DNA of 64,000 nt from Flaccisagitta enflata (Eukaryota): NCBI GenBank assembly GCA_965153355.1, contig OZ231126.1, forward strand, positions 42,842,001 through 42,906,000, read 5' to 3'. Below, in pieces: positions 26,473-39,241 of the stretch (positions within the stretch are counted from its first letter, which is position 1; every line of letters begins with the position of its first letter). Under the pieces are notes generated by a model. The model made no database searches, was not told where the DNA came from, and was given only the letters and a program-made list of their open reading frames with translations. Both the position numbers and the translations under genes were made by a program.

Positions 26473-29202
26473 TTACGTGGGCCCGCGATCGTCTTCCCTC
26501 TTCTTCTTCTCCTCTTCTTCCCGTTTCTTCCTCCTCTGATCGTCTGCCGCTTGGCGTTTCATCATTGCCCGTTGGACCCGTTCCGGCGCTTTTCCCAACG
26601 TAGCGATCTCTTCTCCCACTGAGCGTATCCGGGGGAATGACTCCTCCAGCCTCTCCGAGCTCGATGGGCCCGTCGTTCCGATCTCTTCCAGATTCATCCC
26701 TGTAGGTGGTGCCATATCGACATTTAAGTCCAACCTTGCATCGTTCATGCCTTCTCCTCTGATGTACATCATCGGTACTTCTTGCCCTGTTGCTTTAACT
26801 GCCGCCAAATGTTTCTCCAAGCTTTCCTCGTTCTTCAAAAGAACGTTCCTAGTCGAGTTATAAATTTCCGTTGCCTTGAACACTAAGTTCTTTCCGAATT
26901 TCCTTACATAGAGGCAACAGTCTCCCGCCAGCTTTTCTGCCTCCCCCTCTCTAACCGTGACTGTTTTTGACCAGTTATTCATCTTTTCCTGCATCTCATT
27001 CATCTTTTCTTGCATTTCCTGTTCCGTTTGTTTGAACCATTCCTCCTTCGTCGTGTAGTAGCTCTCAAGTTCCTCCTGCCTCGTCTTCATGTCCTGCTCA
27101 AACTTTTCTTTCTCTTCCTTCCATCTCTTCTCCCTTTCTTCTGCTTCTCTTTCCCATTGTTCCCTTTCTTCTCTCATTTCTTTTCTCTTCCTTTCTAACC
27201 TTTCCATTGCCGCCGTTGCTTCCGCATTTTCTTCCTCCTCTATTGGCGCCGACGCCCCCGTCTCCTGTCGCGTATCGAATCGCGTCCCTTTCGTTAAATC
27301 TGTGAGTAATTGAACCACTTTGTTCTGAAATTCTGTTTGGCTCCTAAGTCTTTCCTCCTCAATGCTCTCTATTCCTTTATTCTTTGCCATTCTTGTACCT
27401 ACTACTGTTCCGTCGCTTTCAGTCCTTTCGGTGAATCCTCCTACTCCCTCGCGTACGTCTTGCCTATTGTCGCCGTCGTTCCTCCTCGAATTCTGCGGGA
27501 ACAATCTTCTCGACGCCGTCGTTGACGTCGTCGTCGATGCCCACGCCCTTCTTGCTTCCGCGTCGCCTTCGTCCCGTACTGGGGGGTTCTCCACTGGTGC
27601 TTGTCGATTTGCCCCTTTTTCCTGACCCACTCTCACTCTTCTTTCCGCTTGTGCCTTCGCCCTCGCATCCAATTCCCCATTCTTCACTATCTGCTCATCC
27701 CTTTCTTCCAACATCTTCATTCTCATCGCTCTCTTCGCCGCCGCGTAGAGTGGGCATCTCCCTTCCGTTGGGCCGTGGTCTGCCTGCATTTCCGCCTCTT
27801 CACAGTTCACGCAATGAGGTTCGTTTGCACAGTTTCCGCGATTATGGCCGACGCCGCTACAGCGCCTACACCGGAAGTCCTGCCTACATCCTCTCGCTGT
27901 TCCCCGGTGTTCTAGTGACAAGCAACGGTTGCACTCTGGGTCGCATTGGATGTCCGGGCTCGTCGCCATGGAGACGTTGAATTTGTCGTGGAGGAAGTAT
28001 CCTTTCGTCAGCAGCTTCTTCACCGGCTCCCCCTTCTTAAAGTACACCCTCAACTTCAAATTATCTCTTGCCCGGTCCGGATTTTCCACCTCTCCCCTCG
28101 GTGCCATCACTTCTATCCTCACTGCCTTCTCTCCACATTCTTTCACCAAATCCTCCTGTAACCCTTTTTCTAGCGCGCTTCCCGCTTGGAACGGATTTCC
28201 TGTTGGACGTCCCATCCCCAACTTCCTTAGTGGGTATCCGTCGAAGATGATGGTTGGCCCCGTTGGTTTCCTCTCTCCCCCTCCCCCTCCTCCTCCTCCC
28301 CCACCGCTTCCTATTGGCACTCCTCCCCCTAGGCGTGATTCCATTTCCACTCTCCAATCTTTCGTTTGTGGGATCCACTTCCCTTCTCTTAGGATGTTGG
28401 TGTCCTTGTTGTCGTACACTGCCATAACTATCTCCCCTTCTCTGTTAACGTCGAATTCTGGCGGTTGCGTCAGCCCCTCCGGCATCATCTCCCTCATCCT
28501 CGCCTCCTTCTCCGCGTATATCATCCCCGCGAACTCTTCATCCCCATACGCGCCAATTACCTTTACGACGATCCTTTTCTTCGCCGCGGTTGACGATCCG
28601 ACGCCCACGCCCCCCGTCGCGCCCGCCGTTGCCACCGTCGATGCCGATGCTGCCGCCGCCGGGATCCCGGGCGGCGCCGATGCTGCCGTTGGCGCTGCTG
28701 CGGTTGTCCTCGATGACGATTTCCTCGCCGTCTCCTTCTTCTTCTTTGCTGCTTCCACAGTGTCCATCGCTTCGACGTCTTCCACTTCTTTCGCCCAGCT
28801 CCCGTGCGGTTCGACGTTGTTCGCCGCAATAGCTGCGGCGCCTCTCGCTTCGTCGGGCGTTTCCCCTCTGATGACACTGTTTGCCCCGTCGTCGTCGTCC
28901 GAGCTCGTGTCTTCGTATTCCGAATCGTGTGACTCGTCCGAGACGACGGCGTCCACTCCGTCGTCTTCCTCTTCTTCGCTTTGGCTTCCCCGCGCTTCTT
29001 TGAGGTTCTTCTCCATTTCCGGTTTCCCCGGCGTCTTTTTCTCGTCTTTTCGTTTCGCTTCTCTTCTATCTCTTATTAATTCTTTTTCCTGGGGTGTGAG
29101 TCGCAACTTGCAATTAGCGGAGTTTTTCTTTGAATGATTCTCCTCTCCTGTTTCTTCAGTCTGATCCGAGCTCCTCTTCCTTCTCTCTATCCCTTCATCC
29201 AT
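26473..29202 (-). CDS. LINE ORF1 (gag-like nucleic-acid-binding protein, three zinc knuckles, long coiled-coil C-terminal extension), 909 aa
   Basis: Uninterrupted ORF. Knuckles CNRCLSLEHRGTARGC, CRRCSGVGHNRGNC and CVNCEEAEMQADHGPTEGRC, the triple arrangement typical of Jockey/I/R1-group ORF1. E/K/R-rich heptad-like region after the knuckles. Lies directly upstream of the RT ORF. Confidence 0.92.
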   Translation of the reverse strand: MDEGIERRKRSSDQTEETGEENHSKKNSANCKLRLTPQEKELIRDRREAKRKDEKKTPGKPEMEKNLKEARGSQSEEEEDDGVDAVVSDESHDSEYEDTSSDDDDGANSVIRGETPDEARGAAAIAANNVEPHGSWAKEVEDVEAMDTVEAAKKKKETARKSSSRTTAAAPTAASAPPGIPAAAASASTVATAGATGGVGVGSSTAAKKRIVVKVIGAYGDEEFAGMIYAEKEARMREMMPEGLTQPPEFDVNREGEIVMAVYDNKDTNILREGKWIPQTKDWRVEMESRLGGGVPIGSGGGGGGGGGGERKPTGPTIIFDGYPLRKLGMGRPTGNPFQAGSALEKGLQEDLVKECGEKAVRIEVMAPRGEVENPDRARDNLKLRVYFKKGEPVKKLLTKGYFLHDKFNVSMATSPDIQCDPECNRCLSLEHRGTARGCRQDFRCRRCSGVGHNRGNCANEPHCVNCEEAEMQADHGPTEGRCPLYAAAKRAMRMKMLEERDEQIVKNGELDARAKAQAERRVRVGQEKGANRQAPVENPPVRDEGDAEARRAWASTTTSTTASRRLFPQNSRRNDGDNRQDVREGVGGFTERTESDGTVVGTRMAKNKGIESIEEERLRSQTEFQNKVVQLLTDLTKGTRFDTRQETGASAPIEEEENAEATAAMERLERKRKEMREEREQWEREAEEREKRWKEEKEKFEQDMKTRQEELESYYTTKEEWFKQTEQEMQEKMNEMQEKMNNWSKTVTVREGEAEKLAGDCCLYVRKFGKNLVFKATEIYNSTRNVLLKNEESLEKHLAAVKATGQEVPMMYIRGEGMNDARLDLNVDMAPPTGMNLEEIGTTGPSSSERLEESFPRIRSVGEEIATLGKAPERVQRAMMKRQAADDQRRKKREEEEKKKREDDRGPT

Positions 29203-29507
29203 ACCCGGCGGCCTGGCCTTGCTCGAGCATTCCTCATCCGTCGTTGCCCCTCTCCGCTGCCCCCCGCTTTTCGCTCCTCCCTGCTGCGGCTTCAGGATTC
29301 CGGTGCAGCTGCTGCTGCTTGCCCCTTTTCGAAATAAATTCTTTTCTCCCTTTTTCCTACCCCTAGGGGTCCTTTCTCTTCCTTATCCGATGCCCCTTAG
29401 CCTTTCCGAATTTTCAGGGGCCCACCAGGGGGCCTCTCACTGCCTGGGGACTCTCTATAAACCGATAAACGCGGTCGTACTCAGAGCTCTCCAGAGACAC
29501 GTGTTCT

Positions 29508-29584
<77 letters not shown>

Positions 29585-29709
29585 ATCTGATCTGATCTGA
29601 TGGACTATCGTTTTGCAGAAAGAAAATAAAGAAAATTTACATTTACATGATCGGCTCTCGGGTATTGGGCTTGACCACCAACACACCAATGCAATCTTAG
29701 AAATATAGG

Positions 29710-29795
<86 letters not shown>

Positions 29796-30021
29796 TGAAT
29801 AACAGCAACGAAAGAACAATAACAGCAACAACAATAACAACAAGCATTATATAACAGGTTGTATGCGGTTGTTCACTATTTAGCATCAGTCCCCCATGAC
29901 AAGGGTGAGAAATAAACATTTGTGTCGTGTTTTATGATCGCCGATGATCGCAATGCTCACCGTCTTCAGTGTTCGTCTCTGACTTATGTGATAATTTGTT
30001 ATCTGGCAAACCTCGAAGCAA

Positions 30022-30246
30022 AACAAGGCCGGATACACGGCCACCCTAGTCGCGTGCGAATGGGCAGGAGCAATGCTGCAGGTCACTAGGGCATCTGGGC
30101 AGGAGCCGTATGCTCAAAAAGCTAAAAAACGCCGAAAAAGTTAAAAGGGGACTGACCGACCGACCGACCGACCAACCGACCGACCGACCAACCGACCGAC
30201 CGACGGAGCGACTTAGCGGGGTGTAGAGTCACATAGCACGCAACTA
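30022..30246 (-). mobile_element. Family A HINE-like element
   Basis: AACAAGGCCGGATACACGGC...(CCGA)n...GTAGAGTCACATAGCACGCAACTA. Confidence 0.78.
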
Positions 30247-30906
30247 AAAACTAGCCGTAGAACATGCAAGATGTGCGCCTTTACGAATTGCGATGCCACT
30301 TTAAGCAATCATTTTCAAACCACCCTTACCAAAAACGAATGAAACTGTTTTTACAGGGAGTACCACGCCAGACAGGACCAAAGAAAACGATGTATCTCAG
30401 CTGCTACAAATGGTAGAAAGATTCTGTAAACAGGTTCAGAAAGCTCTTAAAAAACAATTTTTTTATCTGTATTTTGCCAAAGTCTCATTAATCAAACTGA
30501 ATCCCTTTATATTATTTAAAGCAAAGTATAGTTTTTACTTTGAGTTTATGCTTGTTTTGTTGTGTATTGACAAGCATCCTTTTATCCCACTCTCATTTCC
30601 AAACAAATGGTGCTACAACCCTGGCAATGGTCTTGAATTAAAGATATTGTGAGGTAGAATCATACCTGTGCAGAAAATGAGAATATTGTACAATATTGGT
30701 TGGGTCCAGAGACTTTTTTGTAAGTTTCATCACAAAAAAGTTTCATGTGCAACGACAAAACATTCAAAAACTATATTGAATGAAACAATTTTGACAAAGC
30801 TCATGATGGAATCCCAATCTTCAATGTCCTAGCTTAACTGACAAACATTTACCAATAAAGGCGGCTAATCGCCGTAGGAAAAAAGTCGTAAATGCTGAGA
30901 AAAAGA

Positions 30907-30959
<53 letters not shown>

Positions 30960-31098
30960 GGAGAGAGAGGGAGAGAGAGGGAGAGAGAGGGAGAGAGAGA
31001 GGGAGAGAAAGAGGGAGAGAGAGAGGGAGAGAGAAAGAGAGAGAAAGAAAGAGAAAGAAAGAGAAAGAAAGAGAAAGAAAGAGAAAGAGAAAAAGAAT

Positions 31099-31146
<48 letters not shown>

Positions 31147-31760
31147 AGGGGAAAAGAGAGGCAGAAGGGGAGAGAGAGACTGAAGGGGAGAGAGAGACAG
31201 AGAGAGAAACAGAGAAAAACATGTAACACAGGGTATCATTATCGTTGTGGACAGGGGCATCCAACCCCATCCGCACCCCAACCCCCACACACAAGTATCT
31301 AGACCGCTTGTTTTTCCACTTTTCACTCGGACGGACAGACGGACCAACAGACCGATTGATGGACTCACAGACAAAGCCTCTCATAGAGTCCGGAGGTGAA
31401 GTGAGAGAGAAACTGTGCTGCCAGGATGCACAATTATCACCAAAGACATTTCAAAGTTCAAACAGACTTCAACTAACTTGATTCCTTGTTTTTTGGGAAA
31501 ACGCGAAAAATGCAGAAAAATAAAAAAAGATTCAAAAATTCATAGCTCCAAAATTATTGATCGCACAGAATTCTGCTTGGCGTCATCTGAAAGAGGAGAA
31601 TTAGCTCTTTCTTAGCTGTTAATTTCATGCGTAGTCCCATTCGGCCCGAAAAAAGCATCAACTTTCCCAAAAAACTCACGGGAAAAAGGGAAAACCAAAT
31701 TCCTCCGCACGACTCAAAAAGCCGAAGGTATTCTTCGATTTTTTTCCAAATAACCATTTT

Positions 31761-31914
31761 TAGTTGCGGACACGCAACTCTATAAGAGCCTTTGTCCGTC
31801 CGTCCGTCCGTTGGTCGGTCCGTCCGTGACCACGAGTCGAAAAGTGTGAAAACGCGTATTTCCGCCCCTGCCCACCCGTCCGCAACTGGTATTGGCCGTG
31901 TATCCGGCCTTGTT
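31761..31914 (+). mobile_element. Family A HINE-like element (variant)
   Basis: TAGTTGCGGACACGCAACTCTAT...CCGCAACT...GGCCGTGTATCCGGCCTTGTT. Confidence 0.78.
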
Positions 31915-33453
31915 TGTTATCTAAACCTTGAATTGGGATAAGAATTGATGTTTTTTGCTCTAAAAAGGCATTTTTTCATGGTTTTGCTGAGGATATATGT
32001 TAACCATGAATACCAAAAATCTGTATCATTCAAAGATCGTCTGAAGTTATCTCTTAGAAACAGTTTTCAGAAATGATTTTGCACTTCTAGAAGCAGAAAT
32101 ACATCGTTTTCTTTTGTCCTGTTTGATGTGAAACACCCTGTGGTTGCGGACACGCAACTCTTTGAGAGGCTTTGTTCGTCCGTTGGTCCGTCGGTCTGTC
32201 CGTTGATCTGTAATGATCGAGTCGCAACGATATTGCGACCCCGCGTCACTTGTTCCTTTATGAACAAGGTCGGGTACACAGCTAATGAGGTCACGTACGG
32301 GTTAGATTTTTCGCAAAGTTGTGATCGGTCCCAAAGTTTGGCTGGGAAAGGGCAATGATGAAGAATATCACTGTGACTAGAAATCTAGAGAAAGGGGTAA
32401 GTAGCTCATAATTTCATAAACGCAAAAAAAAAAAAAAAAAGTAAAAGTGGGACCGACGGACCGACATAGCATGTGACTCAAAAGGACATGGAATATAAGG
32501 AGAAAAAGGGGAAAACAAACACCACCTCAAATAACCGAGCTTGTTTTCTTTTCCATTCTCTTCTCCTTTTGTTGTTGTCTTTTGGCTTCTTTAATTGTTG
32601 ACCTGTGAAAAGGGGAAAAATAGAAAATACTGAGGAGAGGGTCAAAACAAGAAAAACAAGGAAGTGACCAGCGGGGCACAGAGAAAATATATCCCCGACA
32701 AATTGACTTAAAGTAGAATTGCAGATACGTTGGGGTTATCGCGCTATCCAAAGGTGCCAGGAGTTACGGACCGAAGCCATATGTTGATGCCATGCTATAG
32801 GTAACAATACCGTCATGCACGACGGTTAAACTCGTATTCCTTGTCGGTCAAGTGGGTATTTTCTCGCTAAATACTTTCATTATCGACTATCTAGCCATGA
32901 TATTTATTAATGATGCCACTTGGAATTTGGGCCTCGAGAGTGGAATTGGGGGGGGGGGGGACAGAGAAGAAAGAGAAGATGGGGCCTTGAGACTGGAATT
33001 TGGGCCTCGAGATAGGATTTGAGGGGGGGACGGAGAAGAAGTAGGAGGAGGAGAAGGAGAAGATGGAGGAGAAGGAGAAAAATACCCATATGAGTGAAAG
33101 CATAGGTCATCGACCTCTTTAAGGCCGCTGCCCAAAAATCACAATCGACGGAGCTCTTTTTAGTTGCGGGCATGCAAAATATTATGAAAATATACGTTTA
33201 GCGTTTTTAGTTTTTTGTTTTGGTCAGAAGTGAATTGTGTTATTATGTAATCATGTTATGATTTAAGTATGTAATTATGTAATTATGTAAATATGTAATT
33301 ATGTAATTACGTAATTACGTAATTACGTAATTATGTAATTATGTTATTATGTAATTATGTAATTATGTAATTATTTAATTATTTGATTATGTAATTATTT
33401 GATTATGTAATTATGTGATTATGTAATCATGTAGTTATGTAAATATGTAATTA

Positions 33454-34161
33454 CAGTGGGATCTCGGTTTAAGGGATTTCTAAGGACTGACTATTCTTGT
33501 CTCTTAACTCCAAAATCCCTTAAATTGAATTTATGTTCTATTAAGGATTTTTAGTCGCGTGCTACGCGACTCTACACCCGGCTTTGTCGGTCCATCCGTT
33601 GGTCCGTTGGTCCGTTGGTCCGTTGGTCCATCCGTCGGTCCGCCCGTTGGTCTGTCACACTTTACTTTTTTGGGGTTTTTGCGGTTTTTGGCCTTACTGC
33701 TCCTGCCCAAATGATCTGGTGACCTCGAATTCTGGCCCCTTCCCACCCGCACGCGACTGGGGTAGCCGTGTATCCGGCCTTGTTATATTAGTTACTAAAT
33801 TCATAGTGTACCCACATCCTTTTGCTTTAAGTATGTTGAACAATAATGATTGATTTAGTTCATGGCAGGATATTCATGGCACAGGAAATATTTCATTTTT
33901 TTCTAACAAATTTTTTCTTAAAAATTATCTCAAAATACCATTTTTTTGTCAAAATTCATCAAATTTACCTAAAATTTCCCCTGACATAAGGGATATTTTC
34001 AAAAACTTGTCTCTTAAATCCAAATATCCCTTAATTAGAGGTTCCTAAAATAGAGGTTTTTTAACATTGGAAAAGCCTGAAAATTTTTGGGACCAGACAG
34101 TGATGTCTATTAAATGCGGATATCCCTTAAATAGAGGTGCCACTAAGGTGGGATTCCACTG
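33454..34161. mobile_element. MITE, TA TSD (pogo/Tc1-like), inserted in an 8-bp tandem array and itself carrying a HINE-like insert
   Basis: TA|CAGTGGGATC...GGATTCCACTG|TA. The (TAATTATG)n array resumes on both sides. Confidence 0.8.
33552..33784 (+). mobile_element. Family A HINE-like element nested in a MITE
   Basis: TAGTCGCGTGCTACGCGACTCTAC...GGTAGCCGTGTATCCGGCCTTGTT. Confidence 0.8.
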
Positions 34162-34362
34162 TATGTAATTATGTAATTATGTGATTATGTAACTATGTAA
34201 TTATGTAATTATATAATCATGTAATTATGTAATTATGAAATTATGCAATTATGTAATCATAAAAATTATGTAATTTTGCAACTGTTGCCCTGTTGGGCTT
34301 GTTTGATGTGCACTGCTCCTGCCATGGCACACATATTGTATTTCAAAACTTGTCTTTAACAT

Positions 34363-34402
<40 letters not shown>

Positions 34403-36220
34403 CTCTCTTTTTCGAGCACATTAAGGCAGTAAACCCCTTCGGTCTTCCGGTGACCCCCATAAACAACCCCCCGCCACAATTCATTTCAGAACCATTCGCC
34501 CTTTACTCTTCTGCGTCTTTAAGACTTTATGCCAAGCTGGCGCAAATGAGTATTTGGCTTATATCATACATGCGGTCATTTTCATATCATGGAGTATTTA
34601 CTCTTGTGCACATGGAAAGATTCTAAATTGCAATGCAAAGTTTATTGGGGGAAAATTTGAAAAACGTTTTCAGTACAACAATGAACGGGATACCATGATG
34701 CTCTTTGACTTCAAACAGAAGACTCGTTCCATCGAAAAAAGTCTTAACTGAACAGTTTTATGCAGAACAGAAATCAACGAAATGAATCTTTGCAGACAAT
34801 TCTTTTTAAAAGAATAATAACGGATTTGTTTATTATTAGATAAGATCTTGTCTCAAGGTTGTTAGTTTAAAGACGAATATTCTGTGTATCATTTTACGAT
34901 AATCGAGAATTATTCATCCTTACGACATTGTTTGGATATAAGAAAAAATTTGCAACAGTTGGAGAAGGCCTGATTTGACCTTGAGTCATCCTTGGGACTC
35001 CCAAGTTGAGACATTAATTGGAATAGTTGATTGAACAATTTGAAGACGAAGCAAAAAAGGAGGACAAAATTTGTAAGCAGAATGACAGAGATGATTGATG
35101 ACTTATCGTAAAAGCCGCATTAGTGACACAAAATGAAAGGCAGTTCAATGATTGGTCATCTACATTGGATTCTCCCTCGTGCGTGTGAAAATGAGTTTGA
35201 TATACATAAGATGATTAGTTTATATGTTAACACAAGCAGAATTATGCCGAAATACACTTGAGAGGATCTAGCAGTATTAAAAAAAATGAGAAAAACACAT
35301 GAAATGCAATCCTGATAAAATGCCAATAAACTTTCAACTTTCAACAAATAGACGGGGGTCTCAATATTCTTTCATACACGCGATTCCTATATATGTGGCA
35401 GAGGACACAAAATGCTGTTGGGAACTGTTTTCAGAGAAAATTTTCTCCGATGCGCACCCAAGGTCCGCATTGCATCGTTCCACGAAATTTTCAGATGGAA
35501 ACTACTCAACAAGAAAACTTTGGTTGAAGAAAGCAAGTGGAAATGAATGATTATCATAACCCAACTTGTGTTTAGTTATTGTCGTCTTGTTTGTATGAAA
35601 ATTGAACCCAATTAATATTTTATTGAAGAAATACTTTCAAAAATATCTAATAGAGCTTATTTCAACAATGTTTTCATGATAAGTGATGTGTAATTTTTTG
35701 GTATCCCCTCGCTACTGATAGACAGAACGTCCCCTAGGGGCCCTCTGCCTCCATGCTCCAGGTCTTCTTTTCTGGTTGAAAGCAACGTGAGTCAATTTGT
35801 TGGTCGGTATTTCTGTTTGGTCGGTTCTTTCTTTCTAAACCCTTCCCTTTTCTGGGCGTTTACAGACGGATTCTTCATCACTGCCCCTTGCCCACTTACT
35901 TAATCTTTTTTGTCGCTGTCCCCGCCCACCAGAACTTGATTTTGGTAGCTGTGTATCCTTGTTCTACATTCATACCGTTATTTTTTTTTACTATCGCTTA
36001 ACCATTTCCGCATGATTTAGCCATAACCCTTTATTATCTAACCTCATTTGAAAACCTCTTCGACTCTTTCTCTTTTTGACTTTTCAAGACCCTCTGACAG
36101 CCTCCCATCCTCGGGTCTCCGGGTCCCGTGGCTTTTGTTGCTTCCGGCTGCGCTGATGAACAAGCTATGAAGCGTCCTTCACCCCAATCAATAAAATGAG
36201 AGACTGTGGCCGAGGATGGA

Positions 36221-36525
<305 letters not shown>

Positions 36526-36673
36526 TGAATACGCATCAGACTTAAATTTCTTTTGAATTCTTTTTGCTGCCAGCCTCCTCAAGTTTTATTCATGTTGTAT
36601 GGCCCAACAAAGGTCGGCCCCTAATTGTCAACTTGGCGCCGGCAGACAAGTCCTAATTGAGGCTCTCTCCCAA

Positions 36674-36751
<78 letters not shown>

Positions 36752-36783
36752 ACTCTCTCTTCTCTCTCTCTCTCATTAATTTT

Positions 36784-36854
<71 letters not shown>

Positions 36855-37715
36855 GCTAATCCATACCCTCAGTCGTTCTTTTTCTTTCTTTTTTTCGCCG
36901 ACGCCGCTTTATGTCAAAACCAGGCGTTTGCATAAAATTGCATCGTTGATTAAGCTTTGGCGTATGTTCGAAGAAATGTTCGAAGGCCGCCACCGCCTCC
37001 TCCTCTTCCTCCTCATTCTCCTCCTCCTCGCCAACGCTTACAAGAAGCACCAATCGCGCGATGTTGGAATATGATGTTGATGAGTGGAAGGATTGGGGAG
37101 GACGATTGAGAGGGGCACGAGCATAATTGCCAGATATTTCAAGTCGCGTGCTACGCCCCGCTTTGTCCGTCCATCGGTTGGTCGGTTTGTACGTCACGTT
37201 TTACTGTTGTTATGTTGTTTTTTGGCCTTTTGTCGCACTGCTCCTGACCAAGTGCCCTATCGACCTCAAATACGGCCCCTGCCCACCCGCACCCGCACAC
37301 GACCGGGGTAGCCATGTATCCGGCCTTGCTTGGAAACCATCTTAGATTCTAATCAATATGCTAGTTCTAGTACTTCCATCAGTACAGTAAAATATTTTGT
37401 GTATGATTCATGGTATGGGCCTGTTTAATGATATTAACAATTAAGCTGATAGTTTTGTCAGGTAGGCATTTCGTAAGTTTATAGTAAAGGATAGTTGTGA
37501 GCAATCTGGAGTAAACACCATCAAAAACTTGTTAAATTGGGGAATTCTGGCCTCCAAGCTCCATTTGAAAAGTCAGTTTTGTTTCAACTTTTATATAAAG
37601 TGATAACAAAAAATAATCTATTGAATGTTATTAAGAACCTGGACAATTCTTAAGATATTCCGCTGTGCTTGGGATAAAAGGGAGAAAAACCATAAAGAAA
37701 GATTGAAAGAATGGA

Positions 37716-37934
37716 AACAAGGCCGGATACACGGCTACCCCAGTCGCGTGCAGGTGGGCAGGGGCCATAATTAAGGTCACTCCATCATTTGGGCAGGAGC
37801 AGTGAGGCCAAAAACCGCAAAAAACAAAAAAAGTAAAGTGTGACGGACGGACGGACCGACGGACGGACCGACGGACGGACCGACGGACGGACGGACCGAC
37901 AAAGCGGGGTGTAGAGTCGCGTAGCACGCGACTA
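37716..37934 (-). mobile_element. Family A HINE-like element
   Basis: Near-identical to 12304-12507. Confidence 0.8.
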
Positions 37935-37982
37935 AAAAAACTACAGAGGGTAAGTATGAGAAAAAGAAGTGGTTTCCAAAAA

Positions 37983-38026
<44 letters not shown>

Positions 38027-38707
38027 AACGGATTAGGAGAGGAGAGTTTTTACGATTTCAACTTTATATTAACGAGGAAAGCGTCAAAATAAAAGGAAAG
38101 TCTTCCACTTTTTATTGAACTTCTCCACTTTTTATTGAACTTGATCCGAAAGTTGCCACTCTTAAACTTCTTCGTCATCAAAATGCACTTGACTTGGCGT
38201 CTGTGAGTGAGGAGGGGAAATAGGATCAGAACAGAATGTCTGAGAGAAAGTGTTGTGAGGATGAGGGCATGTAGTGAAATACCTGAGGAAGTGAGGGTGT
38301 TTGCTAGATGGGATAAGTACATGCTATAAAGGCAGGAAATGAAGGAGTTAATAATTTCAGGGCGGATCCAAGAGCAAATGAGTGAAAAAAAGAAAGAATG
38401 TAATGAATGACTGTAAAAAGAAGTCATCAAAACCTAACGAGAGGATCGCACCATTCTTTATTTCTTTTTTTTTGCATCGGGAAATAATCGACCTAATTGA
38501 AGAGAACAGCCCACGAATGGAATGATAGGTTTAAGGGAACAAAACCGATTAATTAGGTTCCCGGGGTTACAACATTGACAGAATTTTTTAACTCCAGCAT
38601 CCCGGACAGATGGATCACTAGACTGACAGACATACGCACCGATGGAAGGACAAAGCCTCTGATGGTTTATGGTCGCGACCCAGCGACTTTAAACTACCTC
38701 AAAGAGT

Positions 38708-39241
38708 AATAGTCGCAAAAGCGTTAGATGGTCAGCGGTGCCCGTTGCCCCTATGTGCGTGAATGTGGGTGTGAGATAGTTTGAGGAGCAGCGGCCCTGA
38801 AGGGGCCAACGACCTATGCTGTTTTCATTTGAGCCTCGAGGCTGGAATTATGGCCTCGAGGCTGGAATTGGGGCCTTGAGGCTTAGATTTGAGCCTTGAG
38901 GCTGGGATTTGAGCTTTGAGGCAGGCATTTGAGCCTCAAGGCTAGGATTTGGGCCTTGAGACTGGGATTTGAGCCTCGAGACTGGAATTTGAGCCTCGGG
39001 GCTGGGATTTGAACCTCAAGGCTTGGATTAGAGCCTGGAGACTGAAATTGGAGCCTCAAGGCTGGGATTTGAGCTTTGAAGCTGGGATTTGAGCCCCGAG
39101 GCTGGGATATGGGCCTTGAGGCTGAGATATAGGCCTGGAGATGGGGGGGGGGATGAAAAAGAAGAGCAAGGTGGAGAAGAAGGAGAAAATCCCCCTATGT
39201 GTGAAAGCATAGGTCATCGGCCCCTTTAGGGGCCGCTGCCC
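38708..39241 (-). mobile_element. Family B element
   Basis: Reverse-complement homologue of 13251-13863. Confidence 0.8.

Larger units (their letters stand above)
33240..34275. repeat. (TAATTATG)n 8-bp tandem array, split by a MITE
   Basis: Array at about 33240-33452 and 34162-34275. Confidence 0.9.

Noticed and set aside
27929-29137. 402-aa plus-strand ORF
   Set aside because: Antisense shadow of LINE ORF1. Stop-poor because of GC and codon bias, with no motifs.
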